Shown: in pieces, positions 28,880 through 43,403 of the stretch | How positions within the stretch are numbered: position 1 is the first letter of the stretch | How the letters are laid out: each line of letters starts with the position of its first letter | Assembly: GCA_951406725.2 (NCBI GenBank) | Contig: OX597831.1 | Span: 73,842,001-73,906,000, forward strand | Length of the DNA stretch: 64,000 nucleotides | Direction: 5' to 3' | DNA from: Octopus vulgaris | Taxonomy: Eukaryota | Made by a program: the position numbers and the translations under genes | Notes under the pieces: model-generated | What the model was told of the DNA's origin: nothing | What the model saw: the letters and a program-made list of their open reading frames with translations, nothing else | The model's database searches: none

Positions 28880-29230
28880 TACCTATTAGTTTTTTTTAAA
28901 AATAAACCCACTGATTATTTGCGACTCTAGTGTCTGAATAGACACTGAAATTTTATGTATCGCCGCGACGGGGGCCATTCGACTGCTATGTCTAGCTGTA
29001 CGTCTGTCGCTGAGAAGCCCAAGGAAGAGCGAAGTCATGTGATCTAGCAGTTCCGGCGGCCGCAGCGAATGATTATCACTCATCAGCGATGTAAACACGA
29101 GTGATTTTATGCACCGCAAGACCATTCGAAAAATCCTCTCATGGTAAATAACGCAGTATTCTGTGTTCTAACACAACATCCACTTTTAAATGGGAATAAT
29201 TATTACCTTTTGATATATATACATATATAT

Positions 29231-29313
<83 letters not shown>

Positions 29314-29359
29314 GAATTTTTTATATTTGATAGCATGAACTATCTTTTTTATATATAAA

Positions 29360-29408
29360 TTTTTTTTGATAAGGTTCGTCATTTCAAGAACCGAAACATG
29401 TTAAATAA
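29360..29408 (+). ncRNA. Minimal hammerhead-like motif with U3-A8 core
   Basis: ttttt TTGATAA GGTTC gtcatttcaa GAACC GA AACATGTT A aataa: perfect 5-bp stem II, GAAA, palindromic stem III, UUA site. Confidence 0.6.
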
Positions 29409-29508
29409 ATAATGTATATATAAAAATCAAAAATTTGTCTAATATAGCATCATTTTCAAACTTCATTTTTTACAAATATATACCCACTCGTATACGAGCT
29501 AATCTTAT

Positions 29509-29573
<65 letters not shown>

Positions 29574-29574
29574 T

Positions 29575-29676
29575 AAAAGCCGTTCGATTCACTTCAACAT
29601 TTAAGTTTAATTTATCAAAATATTTCCGTCGCTTTAAGACCGCGACCCGTTCACTGACAAAAATCCGTGCTGCATC
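29575..29676 (-). mobile_element. Single-arm copy of the family H2 repeat
   Basis: aaaagccgttcgattcacttcaacatttaagtttaattt...gtgctgcatct matches 23385-23474. Confidence 0.85.
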
Positions 29677-30229
29677 TGAGAAAGTAACAGTTAGTTCGTT
29701 ATATATATGTACGTATGTATGTGTGTATGTATGTATGCACGCATGTATGCATGCATGCATGTATGTATGTATGTATGTATGTATGTATGTATGTATGTAT
29801 GTATGTACGTACGTACGTACGCATGTGTGTATGTATGTATGTATGTGTGTATATGCACGCTCACACGCACACACACACACGCACGCACGCACACACACAC
29901 ACACACACACGCACTATAAACTTAAAGCTATAAACCTGTAGTGATGGATAGATATCAAATTTCACCCTCCCGCAGTGGGACTGAACCCAGAGCCATCTGG
30001 TTGGTAAACAACCTACCTACCCACCTATATACATATATATGTGTGTGTATATATATAAATGTATGTGTATTTTTTTCAATGCGTACAAATAACAAGGAAA
30101 AAGTAAATAAATAGGTAGCAGGGTAGCAAAAATTCACATAAATGCCAAGGATATTACACCCTACTTATAAAGGTAGACATTCCAGGGTTCAGTGAAATGT
30201 TTTCGTATTGACTCCATTTCTTAATTTAT

Positions 30230-30317
<88 letters not shown>

Positions 30318-31717
30318 ATGTGTGTGTGTGTGTGTGTATGCATCTCAATTTTTGATGCAGCATGGAATTATATATATATATATATGAATATATATATATA
30401 CGTGCATACATTTCGTTATTGTATGTTGTTGTGCATTATAGTGCATTATTGTACATTGTTGTATTTGACATTATTGAACACTATACCACATTATTATACA
30501 TGGTAATGTTCATCTTATCTGGCAAGTACTGAAGAGGTTATTCTTCCCCGACGAACTCTATCAAAACATGCTGAGAGTTGTCACCCCTGTTTACCTAACT
30601 AGTATCCCAATACAACAAAGGGACTTATTATGTAAGGCCGTAGCAGTGCGAGGAGATATAAAGTAAACTGTAAAAATAAAATAAAATTAAACAAACCGAA
30701 GTCGAATTTTTACCTTATATTTCCATATTTCGGGGCTATGACTTCTTCAGTGCATTCGGAAAAGCGAGGGATGGAAAATGTCGTTCCTAAGATGTTACAT
30801 TATGTTAATCTTAATGAGATAATGGTTTGACCCTCTCAACACGTAATTATTATTGATTAATTTGTAAATTATCTTCTTGAGGTACATTACTTATATTCAC
30901 ACAAACATGACTGACATTATCGTCTGCCTCTAGCAATAATCAAGTTAAAACACGAAGCGATATAGACACGCCAGAAATTTAAGTTCAGAAAACATTGTCT
31001 GCCTTTAAAACTGAGTAATTTTTGGCTTTGATCTTTTGCGGAATCAAGAAAAGGTTTTAAAGAAACAAGAGGACCGACTCCATCAGTTGCTCAAGGAAGT
31101 AATTTCTAAATCACGGTGTCTTCTGTAGCAGAACAAAGAGCAAATAAATAAAACATTAAAAAAAAACGAAACATTATTTAAATTTTGTAACAAGGCTATA
31201 GTGAAAAATTATCTTCGAGACAGAAGAGCGCTCTTTATTGTTATTGCTGTTGTTATTTAGCCATCGGTTGGCTCTGATTGAGTAGAAGTATCGTCAAAGA
31301 CATTCCATCTGCGCGTAATTGCCTCTGACTTGTATTTTGGCGAAGGTTATCTTGGACTGCATCAAATAATGTGTCCTTTCAATTTTTGTAGATTAGAAGC
31401 AGAATAACCATACTGCCCTGTTAATGTGGCAATGATATTAAAAATGATGAAGGTTGAGATCGAACGTGAGATAAGGAAGTGTTCGAAAAATCTGAAAGGG
31501 AATTATGTTCTCCCGCGTCCCAGCATTCCTTTAAGACCATTCTCTCTAAAATGTTAGGAGAGTGCAGATGTGGTTTCGGGAACGATTGTGATGGAGCAAA
31601 ATGATTAAATACTAGTGCCAGAAAAATATGGAAAGCGCAGGGCTAAAGTTTGCTCTTTATGTTTATATATAAAGATGGCGGGCGATACATATACATTCAA
31701 CCTGTGTTCATATATAA

Positions 31718-31777
<60 letters not shown>

Positions 31778-32375
31778 TTATTTGTGTGTGTGTGTGCATG
31801 TGAGTATGTATAAACGTGCGTATATATATATATTTATGTATATAGATTTGAATATATATGTATGCGTATAACTGTATACTTGCACATATGTGCGTGTGTG
31901 TATACATATATTAGCTCATGTACAAATTTATGGTTGTATCAATACATGCAAACATCAATTTGCAAGCGTGTAAAAATCGCATATTTTTATTGGCAAAATG
32001 ACTCGCAATATATTCTAAGTGTTGGCTACCATGGTTGTCAGAGCTTGTTGTTGTGCTGTTTATATATATAGTATACAGACATATACACATGCATATGTAT
32101 ACGTATGTGTGCATACGTACATAACATACATACATAATTATGCATATGATATATATATATACGTACCCATGTATATATTTCAATATAAGTAGACGTAAGT
32201 GGAAATATGTAGATATATGTAGATATATTTATTTATGTATGTAGACATTAATAAATTCAATGTGAATTAAGTTTACTTTTCAGTGAGGCAAAAATTATGT
32301 TCATTGAAAACGAAATATCAACATACACACGCATATGTATGTGTATATGTATATATATATGTATATATATGTATA

Positions 32376-32446
<71 letters not shown>

Positions 32447-33155
32447 TTATATATATATATATATATACATATATATTATATATATATATATGTTAATATG
32501 TTTATATGTCTGTATATGTACACATGTAAAAAGAGAAAGAAATTGAGAGTGCGCGCTTCCGTGTCCGTTTGCATATACATAGGTTTATATACATATATTC
32601 GTAGATGCATACATACATGTATATATATATATATATATACATACACACACACATATAATATATGTGAGTGTGTGTGTGTGTATTTTCACATTGCAATTCT
32701 ATCTATGGGCGATAAATATTCATATATACCCCAATACACATTTACGTTATGTACATTTATGTCTATACAGTTAGCTGGCGTGTAAAATGGCGCTAACTCC
32801 AAACAGCAAGTGTCTATTGTACGCTCGCTTCGGCGTCCATCACGTTATTAATATAACTGCAGTGTCTTAAGTATTCTCTGAATAGAATATAAAATATTAG
32901 CCGTTATCACACCCACTGTGATATCACACACACTATGATATCACACGTGGGATCTATCATTGCGGAATGCTGGGATTGTTCAAGGCCGTGGTCGTGGATA
33001 AATTGGTATGTGAAGATATTGATGCTGTTAAATGGATGGGATAGCGGTCGGTGGTGAGTGGAGATGACTGTGCGTGCATACATGCAAAACACACGCATGC
33101 TTACACACTCACACACCAACACTATGTACAGTGTGCATTTTCCTTCTTTTATTAC

Positions 33156-33186
<31 letters not shown>

Positions 33187-33233
33187 CGTGTGTGTGTGTG
33201 CGCGCATATACGTATATATATGGGGATATATAT

Positions 33234-33335
<102 letters not shown>

Positions 33336-33418
33336 GCATGTATGTATGCATGCATATATATGTGTGTGTATATTTGCCTATATATTTGGTAAATGAATAA
33401 GACGTCTTCAGGTATTCG

Positions 33419-33419
<1 letters not shown>

Positions 33420-33503
<84 letters not shown>

Positions 33504-33537
33504 TTACAATTATTATTCTTACAATTATTATTATTAC

Positions 33538-33605
<68 letters not shown>

Positions 33606-33624
33606 TTACAATTATTATTATTAC

Positions 33625-33669
<45 letters not shown>

Positions 33670-33707
33670 TATTATTATTATTATTATTATTACTATTATT
33701 ATTATTA

Positions 33708-33791
<84 letters not shown>
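33420..33791. repeat. (TTA)n microsatellite
   Basis: Direct reading. Confidence 0.95.
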
Positions 33792-33793
<2 letters not shown>

Positions 33794-34009
33794 CTCACCG
33801 ATAAATGTATAACAATTAATACTTTTACAATCCGTGCATTTGCAGAGTGTTTAATAAGTGTTAATTAATTAAAATCATTAATGATTCCTAAATTGATTCA
33901 TTAATCTATTATTGCTCGTGCTTCCTATTGAGCAAACCGTTAGATAAATGTTCCCATAGAGTCGTACTGAGTTGATGATGGCCTGGATCGGAAAGGAGGT
34001 CTAGTATTA

Positions 34010-34528
34010 TATATATATATATATATGTAAAACTGTAGTTGTGTGAGTGTCTGTCCCCTTCGATTTAGATTCCTAACTACTCCCACATTTTGCGGTGCAG
34101 TTTAACCAAATTCGGGTATCTTATAGTCGTGATTCATATCGAGCCCGTCTGAGTATTAGCGCGCGTCTACGATGAGTCTACGATTTTAAAAATAATTTAA
34201 CATCATTTTTTATTCCATTTTAATGCATAATTTTTCGTGTGTCGATGGCGGCGGAGTTGGCGTCCATGGTCACACCTGCACCTGTTTGCTTCTCCCTCTT
34301 CTTCCCTCCCTCGTGAAGCTGTGGGGAAGGGAGTGTAAGGAAATCAACGTCGTAAAGCGTTGTCAAGGGACCAGCGTTCTTTTAGAACAACAACTTCATA
34401 GCTTGAAGACACCAAAACAGAAATTGCTAAGAAAGCCCGAATTGGCATCTATAAGGGAAGTAACTCTCTAAAAATGCTTATATAGTTATTTCCCTTACAA
34501 ACCCGAGAAACGCCGGGTGATACTGCTA

Positions 34529-34529
<1 letters not shown>
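34010..34529 (+). mobile_element. Non-autonomous Helitron
   Basis: 3' hairpin cccgagaaacgccggg followed by tgatactgCTAG|t. The same terminus occurs at 51256. The 5' end is blurred in (TA)n. Confidence 0.75.
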
Positions 34530-34580
<51 letters not shown>

Positions 34581-34831
34581 CCTTAACGCTTGTATTTTTA
34601 TTCGCATACCCGGCAAGCCTGGTCGTCTGCCGTGAAATATAAAAAGAACTTTTTTCAGTTTATCGATACGAAAATATTCCACAACCTTCTATCTCAATAA
34701 ACTACTATTGTCCTTGAACGTTGTTTTTGATATGTACTATGAATTGCTTGAAGCCCACTTTCTTCCTACACCTCGATCCTTGGATTTTATATTGCATATG
34801 CATGTAATATGTAAGTGTAAGATCCGAGGAA

Positions 34832-35299
34832 ATGTAAGAATTTTTATCACTAACGTAAAAGCAGTGTTATTGTATGTGGCGGAGACATGGCGAACAACAG
34901 TTTAGTCAAATAAGCAAATACAATCATTTATCAACAGATGCTTGCGTAGTATACTTAAAATTAGATGGCCTGAACACAAGCAATATGGAGCTATGGCAAA
35001 GAACAAATGAAGTTTCGATTAGGGAGCAAATATTTAAGAAGAAGTGGAAGTGGATTGGTAGCACAAATAGAAAAGACACACCAAATGTAGCGAAAAGTGC
35101 TTTATAGTGGAAACCGGATGGATATAGAAGGAGAGGTAGGCCTAAGAACTCGTGGCGTAGATCAACACAAAAGGAACTAGAAAAAGGGGGACATTCATGG
35201 CAGAGTATAAGTACAGAAGCCAAAAATTATGCGACATGGAATTCAACTATAAGTCGTCTATACTCCGCATTGGGGGGTTAAAGGCATAAAAAAAGAAAG
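34832..35299 (+). mobile_element. 5'-truncated RTE-clade LINE with a 13-bp TSD
   Basis: NVKAVLLYVAETW, CLRSILKIRWP, KWKWIG and RRRGRPKNSWRR motifs. TSD aagatccgaggaa at 34819-34831 and 35300-35312. Confidence 0.88.
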
Positions 35300-35546
35300 A
35301 AGATCCGAGGAATTAGGTGTAAGAATCTAGTAAGATTCGTGCGGTCTGTAGAAGGTATAAAAAACAACTTTCAGAAGCAATGGTAGTTTATTGATGGAGA
35401 AGGTTATAAGTTTTTCCTATATCTAAGTTCAATAATCTGGTAAAAGTTATTTTTTAGTTCACGGTTCAAATGAAAATCCAAATTGAGGGATCAGAGCAGC
35501 AGAAATAATTACTCAACGACGACTTTAGACAGTTGCCCACTCCCCT

Positions 35547-35960
35547 ACATATAAAAGCTAATCAGCATATCCACATTTATATAGACAAATGAATTCGTAT
35601 TTCCCTCCAGAATTTTTACCACGTAAGTCACAAAATAGCAGTCCTTTGGCAGCTATTTCTAAAATTTTCGGTATGTGGTTAAGCAACTTGTTGCAAAATC
35701 CCTTATTATTATAATTATATAAATTTTTACCGAATATGGTCCTTTTCCATACCGAAATAATACTAGGTGAAATTTGTTGATTTTATTAAACTAATTATAT
35801 TTTACCCTATATCTGTAATGATTATTTTACTCCCCTACGACAAAACTACGAATCTTTTTTCGGCAGTACTATTTTGTGACACACGTGGTAAAAGTTCTGG
35901 GGGGAAATACGAATTCACTTGTCTATATAAATGTGGATATGCTGATTAGCTTTTATATGT
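35547..35960. repeat. Inverted repeat with ~92-bp arms
   Basis: 35547-35638 is the near reverse complement of 35869-35960. The spacer segment 35633-35820 recurs directly at 36188-36374. Confidence 0.85.
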
Positions 35961-36372
35961 TTCGATGTCGCTTGATCGGAAATATAGGAGGTAAGTTTTC
36001 CTAGCATTTCTAGATTTATAGGAATATTATGTTGATGAAGGAAATGAGTCTTACGATTCTAATCCAGAAACGTACGTCCATAATTAACCGAAGACTGTTT
36101 GATTTCATTATTTTTCTTCTTTTTTTTTTTGCCATATATGAGTTACAAATATTGTTGTCTGTGGAGACATATTTTTGTAGTAAAAGGAAATAGTAGTCCT
36201 TTGGCTGCTATTTCTAAAATTTTCGGTATGTGGTTAAGCAACTTGTTGCAAAAACTCTTATTGTTATAATTATATAAGTTTTTACCGAATATGGTCCTTT
36301 TCCATACCGAAATACTACTAGGTGAAATTTGTTGATTTTATTAAACTAATTATATTTCGCCCTATATCTGTA

Positions 36373-36512
<140 letters not shown>

Positions 36513-36541
36513 ATATATATATATGTATATATATGTGTGTG

Positions 36542-36928
36542 TGTGTCTTCTACTATAGCCTCGGGCCGACCAAAGCCTTGTGAGTGGATTTGGTAGACGA
36601 AAACTGAAAGAAGCCCGTCGTATATATGTATATATGTATATATGTATATATGTGTGTGAGTGTGTGTGTGTATGCGTAGAATGTATGTGGATATGTATGC
36701 ATACACATGCATATACACATATGCATGTTGTTTCCTGGGGACACGTTTTTGAAAAATTAAAACGTACAGAAAATTATATTTTAATTATTATTATCTCTAT
36801 TATCATTATCATCATCATCATCGTCATCGTCATTCTCATCATCATAATAATCCTTATTATTATTGCTGCTATCCTCATCATCATCATCATCATCATCATT
36901 ATCATTATTATTATCATTATTATTATTA

Positions 36929-36984
<56 letters not shown>

Positions 36985-37280
36985 GTTATTGTTATTGTTA
37001 TTATTATTTATTGCCTTTGCACAGCTTCTAACGCTGGAGATGTACTATGTATGTGTGTGTGTGTGTTTGTGTATCTGTGTTTGTCCCCACACCCCAACAT
37101 TGCTTGACAACCAATGCTGGTGTGTTTACGTCCCCGTAACTTAGCGGTTCGGCAAAAGAGACCGATAGAATAAGTACAAGGCTTACAAAGAATAACTCCT
37201 GGGGTCGATCTGCTCGACTAAAGGCGGTGTTCCAGCATGGCCACAGTCAAATGACTGAAACAAGTAAAAGAGAGAGTAAG
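36542..37280 (+). mobile_element. SINE family A carrying a 400-bp templated insertion
   Basis: Head part 36542-36620 and tail 37075-37280. The insert 36650-37049 is the reverse complement of 38738-39118. Confidence 0.85.
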
Positions 37281-37302
37281 AGTATATATATACATACATA
37301 TG

Positions 37303-37342
<40 letters not shown>

Positions 37343-37422
37343 CATACATACATACATACATACACACACACACATATATATACATATAATTACATATATA
37401 TACATATACATACATGTATATA

Positions 37423-37480
<58 letters not shown>

Positions 37481-37778
37481 CACACACACACACACACATA
37501 TATATGTATATATATATATATATATCCTTATTGTATTTGTTTTGGTAGATTGTTAATGTGAAATTGTTTAATCTAAGACGAAAAAATTTCTGCCTAAATG
37601 TATAAAAGTAAATATGAAAATTATATATAAACATAAAATATACATATAGAAACTAGTTCTGTTTCGCTGCTTTCTTTATTAGTAATCTACTGGTTCACCA
37701 ATTAAGCAATTAACAAATCTAAAAGTATGATTAATGGTTCCGTTAATTAATTAATCAGAGTCCTCTCGGCACCATTCG

Positions 37779-37856
37779 TGACGTCAGCAATCACGTGACT
37801 TCGTTGCTATCAGGTTTGTCAGTTTCGTTCTCGTTGTGACCCTTGAATATATAAAG
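37779..37856 (+). promoter_or_regulatory. Candidate promoter cluster: CRE + E-box + TATA
   Basis: TGACGTCA 37779-37786, TCACGTGA 37791-37798, GTTGCTAT 37803-37810, TATATAAAG 37848-37856. Motif matches only. Confidence 0.3.
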
Positions 37857-38196
37857 ACTTGTGATATAGACAGCTATGACAGGAGTGATGTTGGTAGGAT
37901 TTGAACTCGGAATGTAAAGACGGACAAAATGCTGTCAGGCACCTTATCCGGCGTGCAAACGGTTCTGCCCGCACACTTTCTTGTTTCAAACTTTGGCGCG
38001 GTGGGGGGGGGACGGTTTTTTAACCGGAAGGCGAATCGATTACATCGACTCCCCCCAACCCAGTACTTGACACCACGAAAGAATGAACGGTTAAGTCGAT
38101 TACATCGACCCTCAGTACTCAACTGGTACTTAATTTATCGCCTCCAAAAGGATGACAGTCAAAGTCGACCTCAGCCGAACTTGAACTAAGAACGTA

Positions 38197-38439
38197 CCTA
38201 TTTCTTTATTACCCACAAGGGGCTAAACACAGAAGGGACAAACAAGGACAGACATAGGTATTAAGTCGATTACATCGACCCCAGTGCGTAACTGATACTT
38301 AATTTATCGACCCCGAAAGGATGAAAGGCAAAGTCGATCTCGGCGGAATTTGAACTCACAACGTAACGGCACGTACCGACAAACGAAATATAGCTAAGCA
38401 TTTCGTCTGGCGTGCTAACGATACTGCCAGCTTGTCGCC

Positions 38440-38441
<2 letters not shown>
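38197..38441 (-). mobile_element. tRNA-derived SINE, family B, full length
   Basis: Minus-strand head aaggcgacaagctggcagtatcgttagc...gagttcaaattcc, core ctttcatcctttcggggtcgataa, tail ...gtaataaagaaatagg. Fragments lie adjacent (37880-38195) and at 61025-61192. Confidence 0.85.
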
Positions 38442-38497
<56 letters not shown>

Positions 38498-38498
38498 T

Positions 38499-38775
38499 GT
38501 TAGCTTGTGAAGTTAAGCAGTTGTGGTCGATGAAAAAGGTAGCAGTAGTACCAATAATTGTCGGAGCCCTGGGAACAGTGACCCAAAATCTCGAGAGGTA
38601 AGTGGAACAAAGAGGGGCTGCAATAAGGGTGGAGCACTTGCAGAAAACAGTACTGCTTGGAACCGTTCGAATACTCCGGAAGGTGCTCGAAAAATAAGGG
38701 GTGTCACTTTAGTTCACTGGTAGTGAACAGCTGACACCATAGTACATCTCCAGCGTTAGAAGCTGTGCAAAGGCA
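38499..38775 (+). mobile_element. R4/Dong-clade non-LTR retrotransposon 3' fragment in (TAA)n
   Basis: LACEVKQLWSMKKVAVVPIIVGALGTV...LQKTVLLGTVRILRKVLEK* is the restriction-like endonuclease C-terminus of R4/Dong ORFs. Short hairpin 3' UTR, with (TAA)n on both sides. Confidence 0.8.
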
Positions 38776-38802
38776 ATAAATAATAATAACAATAACAATA
38801 AC

Positions 38803-38855
<53 letters not shown>

Positions 38856-38869
38856 TAATAATAATGATA

Positions 38870-38900
<31 letters not shown>

Positions 38901-39262
38901 GGATAGCAGCAATAATAATAAGGATTATTATGATGATGAGAATGACGATGACGATGATGATGATGATAATGAGATAATAATAATTAAAATATAATTTTCT
39001 GTACGTTTTAATTTTTCAAAAACGTGTCCCCAGGAAACAACATGCATATGTGTATATGCATGTGTATGCATACATATCCACATACATTCTACGCATACAC
39101 ACACACACTCACACACATGAATATGTGTATGTATTGTGTGTGCATATATATATTTATATATCTGCATATAAAATGTATGAATGTATGTATATATCTACTA
39201 TCTATCTGTATCTCTCTCTCTCTCTATCTATATACCCTATCTATATACTTATCTATCTATCT

Positions 39263-40377
39263 TACAGTCGTGGATCAAAAAGAGGCCGAGGAAGGGCGAA
39301 TGGCACCGCGAGTGTCGCGTTGCTCTCAAGCAACTCTGCCGTCCCGGGTCGACCTTGAGTGACTTCAACACAACCAAAGCATTCTATAGGGGATTAGTGG
39401 AGGGGAGGTACGACGACGACCTCGGGGCAAACCTGGGCGTCGACGAGGAATACCTGACCCGCCTGTTTCAAACGACTTTCGGCCCGGGACCTATGGACAA
39501 CTTCCAGAGATCCCTGGCCTGGCGGTGCTACCGAGAAGCGCTACCAGTTCGGGATAAGCTCTATAGGCATGGCTCGAGAAACACGGGGCCGACCTGCCCG
39601 AGATGCGGGCAGAGCGACGAAACCGCTCTGCACGCAATCGTGCAGTGTCCAGCAATTTCCGACCTGTGGGCTTATGTCGAACGACTGCTGTCACGTGTGG
39701 GACGTGTCGGTTTATCAGCCGAGTCTATCGTTAATATCGTCACGCCTCCTTCCTTCAAACGGGAAGGAAGAGCTATTTTTATCATACTTGTGGCTATGGC
39801 GAAAGAATGTATCTCGTGGACGCGCCTGAAAGGATTAGAGACAAACAATTTCCTCTCTGGTCAATCTCTCATCAACTTCTTCAAGTATCACTTGAAGAGG
39901 AAAGTGAGAGTAGAGAGGCAAGTTTTGTCTAGTGAATGTTTTAAAAAATGATGGGTGAATGTAGCAAGGATGGCACGTATGAATGACGAAGCCAACTTGA
40001 CTATGATTCTATGAACCGTAAAAATTAATACAGAGAGTTGCTTATTTGCAAAAAGAAATAAAAGAAAGAAATATAACATGTGACTTCATTGACCGAGGTT
40101 ACCGTGGTCTTTTCCGTAGGCTTTTCTTTCCACGGGTAAACCTCACCTGTCCTCCCCTTTACACTTCATATTGACATTTCTGTGATTACGATCCCTATTG
40201 ATCAACTTTTTTTCCTCTCCCCTTTCCTTTTTTTTCCCCTCTCCCCCCCTTTTTCTTTCATTTTACGATCCCTTTTGATCGAAAACCAACCCCCTTTTTT
40301 TTACCCCCAAAAGAAAAGCTCTACCTTGTAATTTGTTCTGTCTGTGTGCAGCCCCCTGTGTGGCTAATAAAGAAACG
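39263..40377 (+). mobile_element. Tx1/L1-clade LINE 3' fragment (zf-RVT CCHC region + 3' UTR) in (TATC)n
   Basis: SLAWRCYREALPVRDKL...CPRCGQSDETALHAIVQCP..LW zinc-binding motif. Pyrimidine-rich 3' UTR ending ctaataaagaaac, abutting (TATC)n. Confidence 0.85.
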
Positions 40378-41140
<763 letters not shown>

Positions 41141-41488
41141 CTGCGTGTGCGTATGTATGTATATTGTGCTTCTATATTTGTTTAAGCGCCCATAAATGTT
41201 TATTATTTGTTTATTATTATTTACCTGCCCCCACCTTATTTACCTACCCCACCCCCTTCCTTGCTTCCGTTAAAAACAATCAGAATTCTAATTTATTCTT
41301 CTTGACTGAACAAACAAGTCTTTATCATCGACGTTGTTGTTGTTTTTCATTTTTCCCCATCCTCCTCCTCCTCTCCCTCTTCTGCTCTTTCTCCCTTCCC
41401 CTCCCCTCCTTCCCCTTCGTTTTTCCATATTGTTTTCTGGTACGGAAAAATAAAATATAAAAAAAACGAACATCATCATCGTCATCAT

Positions 41489-41522
<34 letters not shown>

Positions 41523-41974
41523 CTCCTTCTCCTCCTCCTCACCACGACCACGACCACGACGACGACGATGACGACGACGACGACGACGACGACGACCACC
41601 ATCATCATCATCATCATCATCGTCATTCTCCTCCGCTTCCTCTTCCTCCTCTTCCCCTTCGCCTCCTCTTCCCCTTCGCCTCCTCTTCCTCCTCCCCCTC
41701 CTCCTAATCATCATCGTTACTGTCGTCTTCTTCATCATCATCATCATCCTCATCCTCGTACAAAACCCTTCCTCCTCCTCCGCATCGTTACTGTCGTCAT
41801 CATCATAATCATCATCATCCTCAACCTCGTAAAAATTCCTCCTCCTCCTCCGCATCATCATCATCATAACCATCCTCCTCTCCCCCTCCTCATCATCGTC
41901 ATCGTCGTCAACTTGGCGATTATTGTTGTCGTTATCATTCTTGTAGTTATATTCGCAAATTGTTCTTATATTAA

Positions 41975-42011
<37 letters not shown>

Positions 42012-42801
42012 ATTGTTTTGTCTCCCGAACCGCCCCCCCCACCGCCCCCTGCCCCGTGGTCTTTAGTCTTTTTGCCGTAGAAATATTACCCTTGCTGTTA
42101 TTCCTTCATACATCTCTTCTTTGTGAACAAACTCAACAACAACAACAAAATCAATAACCATAACAACAACAACAACAACAGCAAAAACAGCGACAACACT
42201 AAAAATAACAAAAACTATAAAAATAAAGACAATAATCCAAATAATAAAAAAACACCAACAAAAACAAGTAACAAGAATACTAATAAAAATAAGAACAACA
42301 ACAAGAATAAGAACAACAGCGGTAGGATGCATTAAACGAAGTAATCCTGGTAATACTGAAGAGGGCGGGATGGTCATGGTTGGGTTGGACTTGGTTATAG
42401 GTCTGTTTGTTTTAAGGGTTTCGCTGTAGGTTAAACTACAATCACAACAGCGTTTAGTAAGCATCATCATCATCATCATCATCATGAGAGAGAGAGGGAG
42501 AGGGAGGGAGGGAGGGAGGGAGAGACGATAGGTTTGTGGTGGGGGAGGTGGGGGAGGTGGAAAGGAGGGGAGAGTTGGATAAGTGACTGGGAGAGGGTGG
42601 GGAGAGAGAGAATGTTTTCCTGGATCTAATGAAGCGTGACACGCTTAATCTTCCATAACCCGATTCTAATGAAACGCTTCACTGATTTCGTTGTTGTTGT
42701 TGTTGTTGATGTTTTATAGCAACATGTGTTTTTGGTGCCACCACCACCACCACCACCACCACCACCGCCACTACTACTTCCACAACTACTACTACTACTA
42801 T

Positions 42802-42906
<105 letters not shown>

Positions 42907-43112
42907 ACTTAGTGGTAGTCCCTGCTATTAACGGTGTTTAGTTTTCTCTGATATGCCCCCACCCATTCACACTGATTTAAAAAAATATATTTACAAAAAC
43001 CTACACTCATGTGTCTATCTTATATATAAATACTATATAATGCGTGTGTGTGCGTGTGCGTGCGCGTGTGTGTGTGTGCGTGTGCATGTGCGTGTGTGTA
43101 TGTGTGTGTGCA

Positions 43113-43176
<64 letters not shown>

Positions 43177-43339
43177 TGATTGGGTTTTATGTTGGATTTA
43201 TCAAAGCGGCTGACAAATTCTGTAGAAAAAAATGGAACAAAATTAGTTCGGTAACAGTGACTTTTTAGTAAGTATTCTTACGCACAAACATACACGCATA
43301 CATTCATCTACTCATATATATATATATGCACATACATGT

Positions 43340-43403
<64 letters not shown>

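Noticed and set aside
29035-29092. Minus-strand CTGATGA gtgat...atcac as a hammerhead
   Set aside because: No GAAA after stem II and no stem I partner.
30720-30755. Minus-strand CTGAAGA...CGAAATATG
   Set aside because: Stem II pairs poorly and there is no cleavage triplet or stem I. At best a decayed motif.
42063-42485. 140-aa minus-strand membrane-protein-like ORF
   Set aside because: It starts in (ATG)n, and its hydrophobic tract is the antisense of AAC/AAT repeats.
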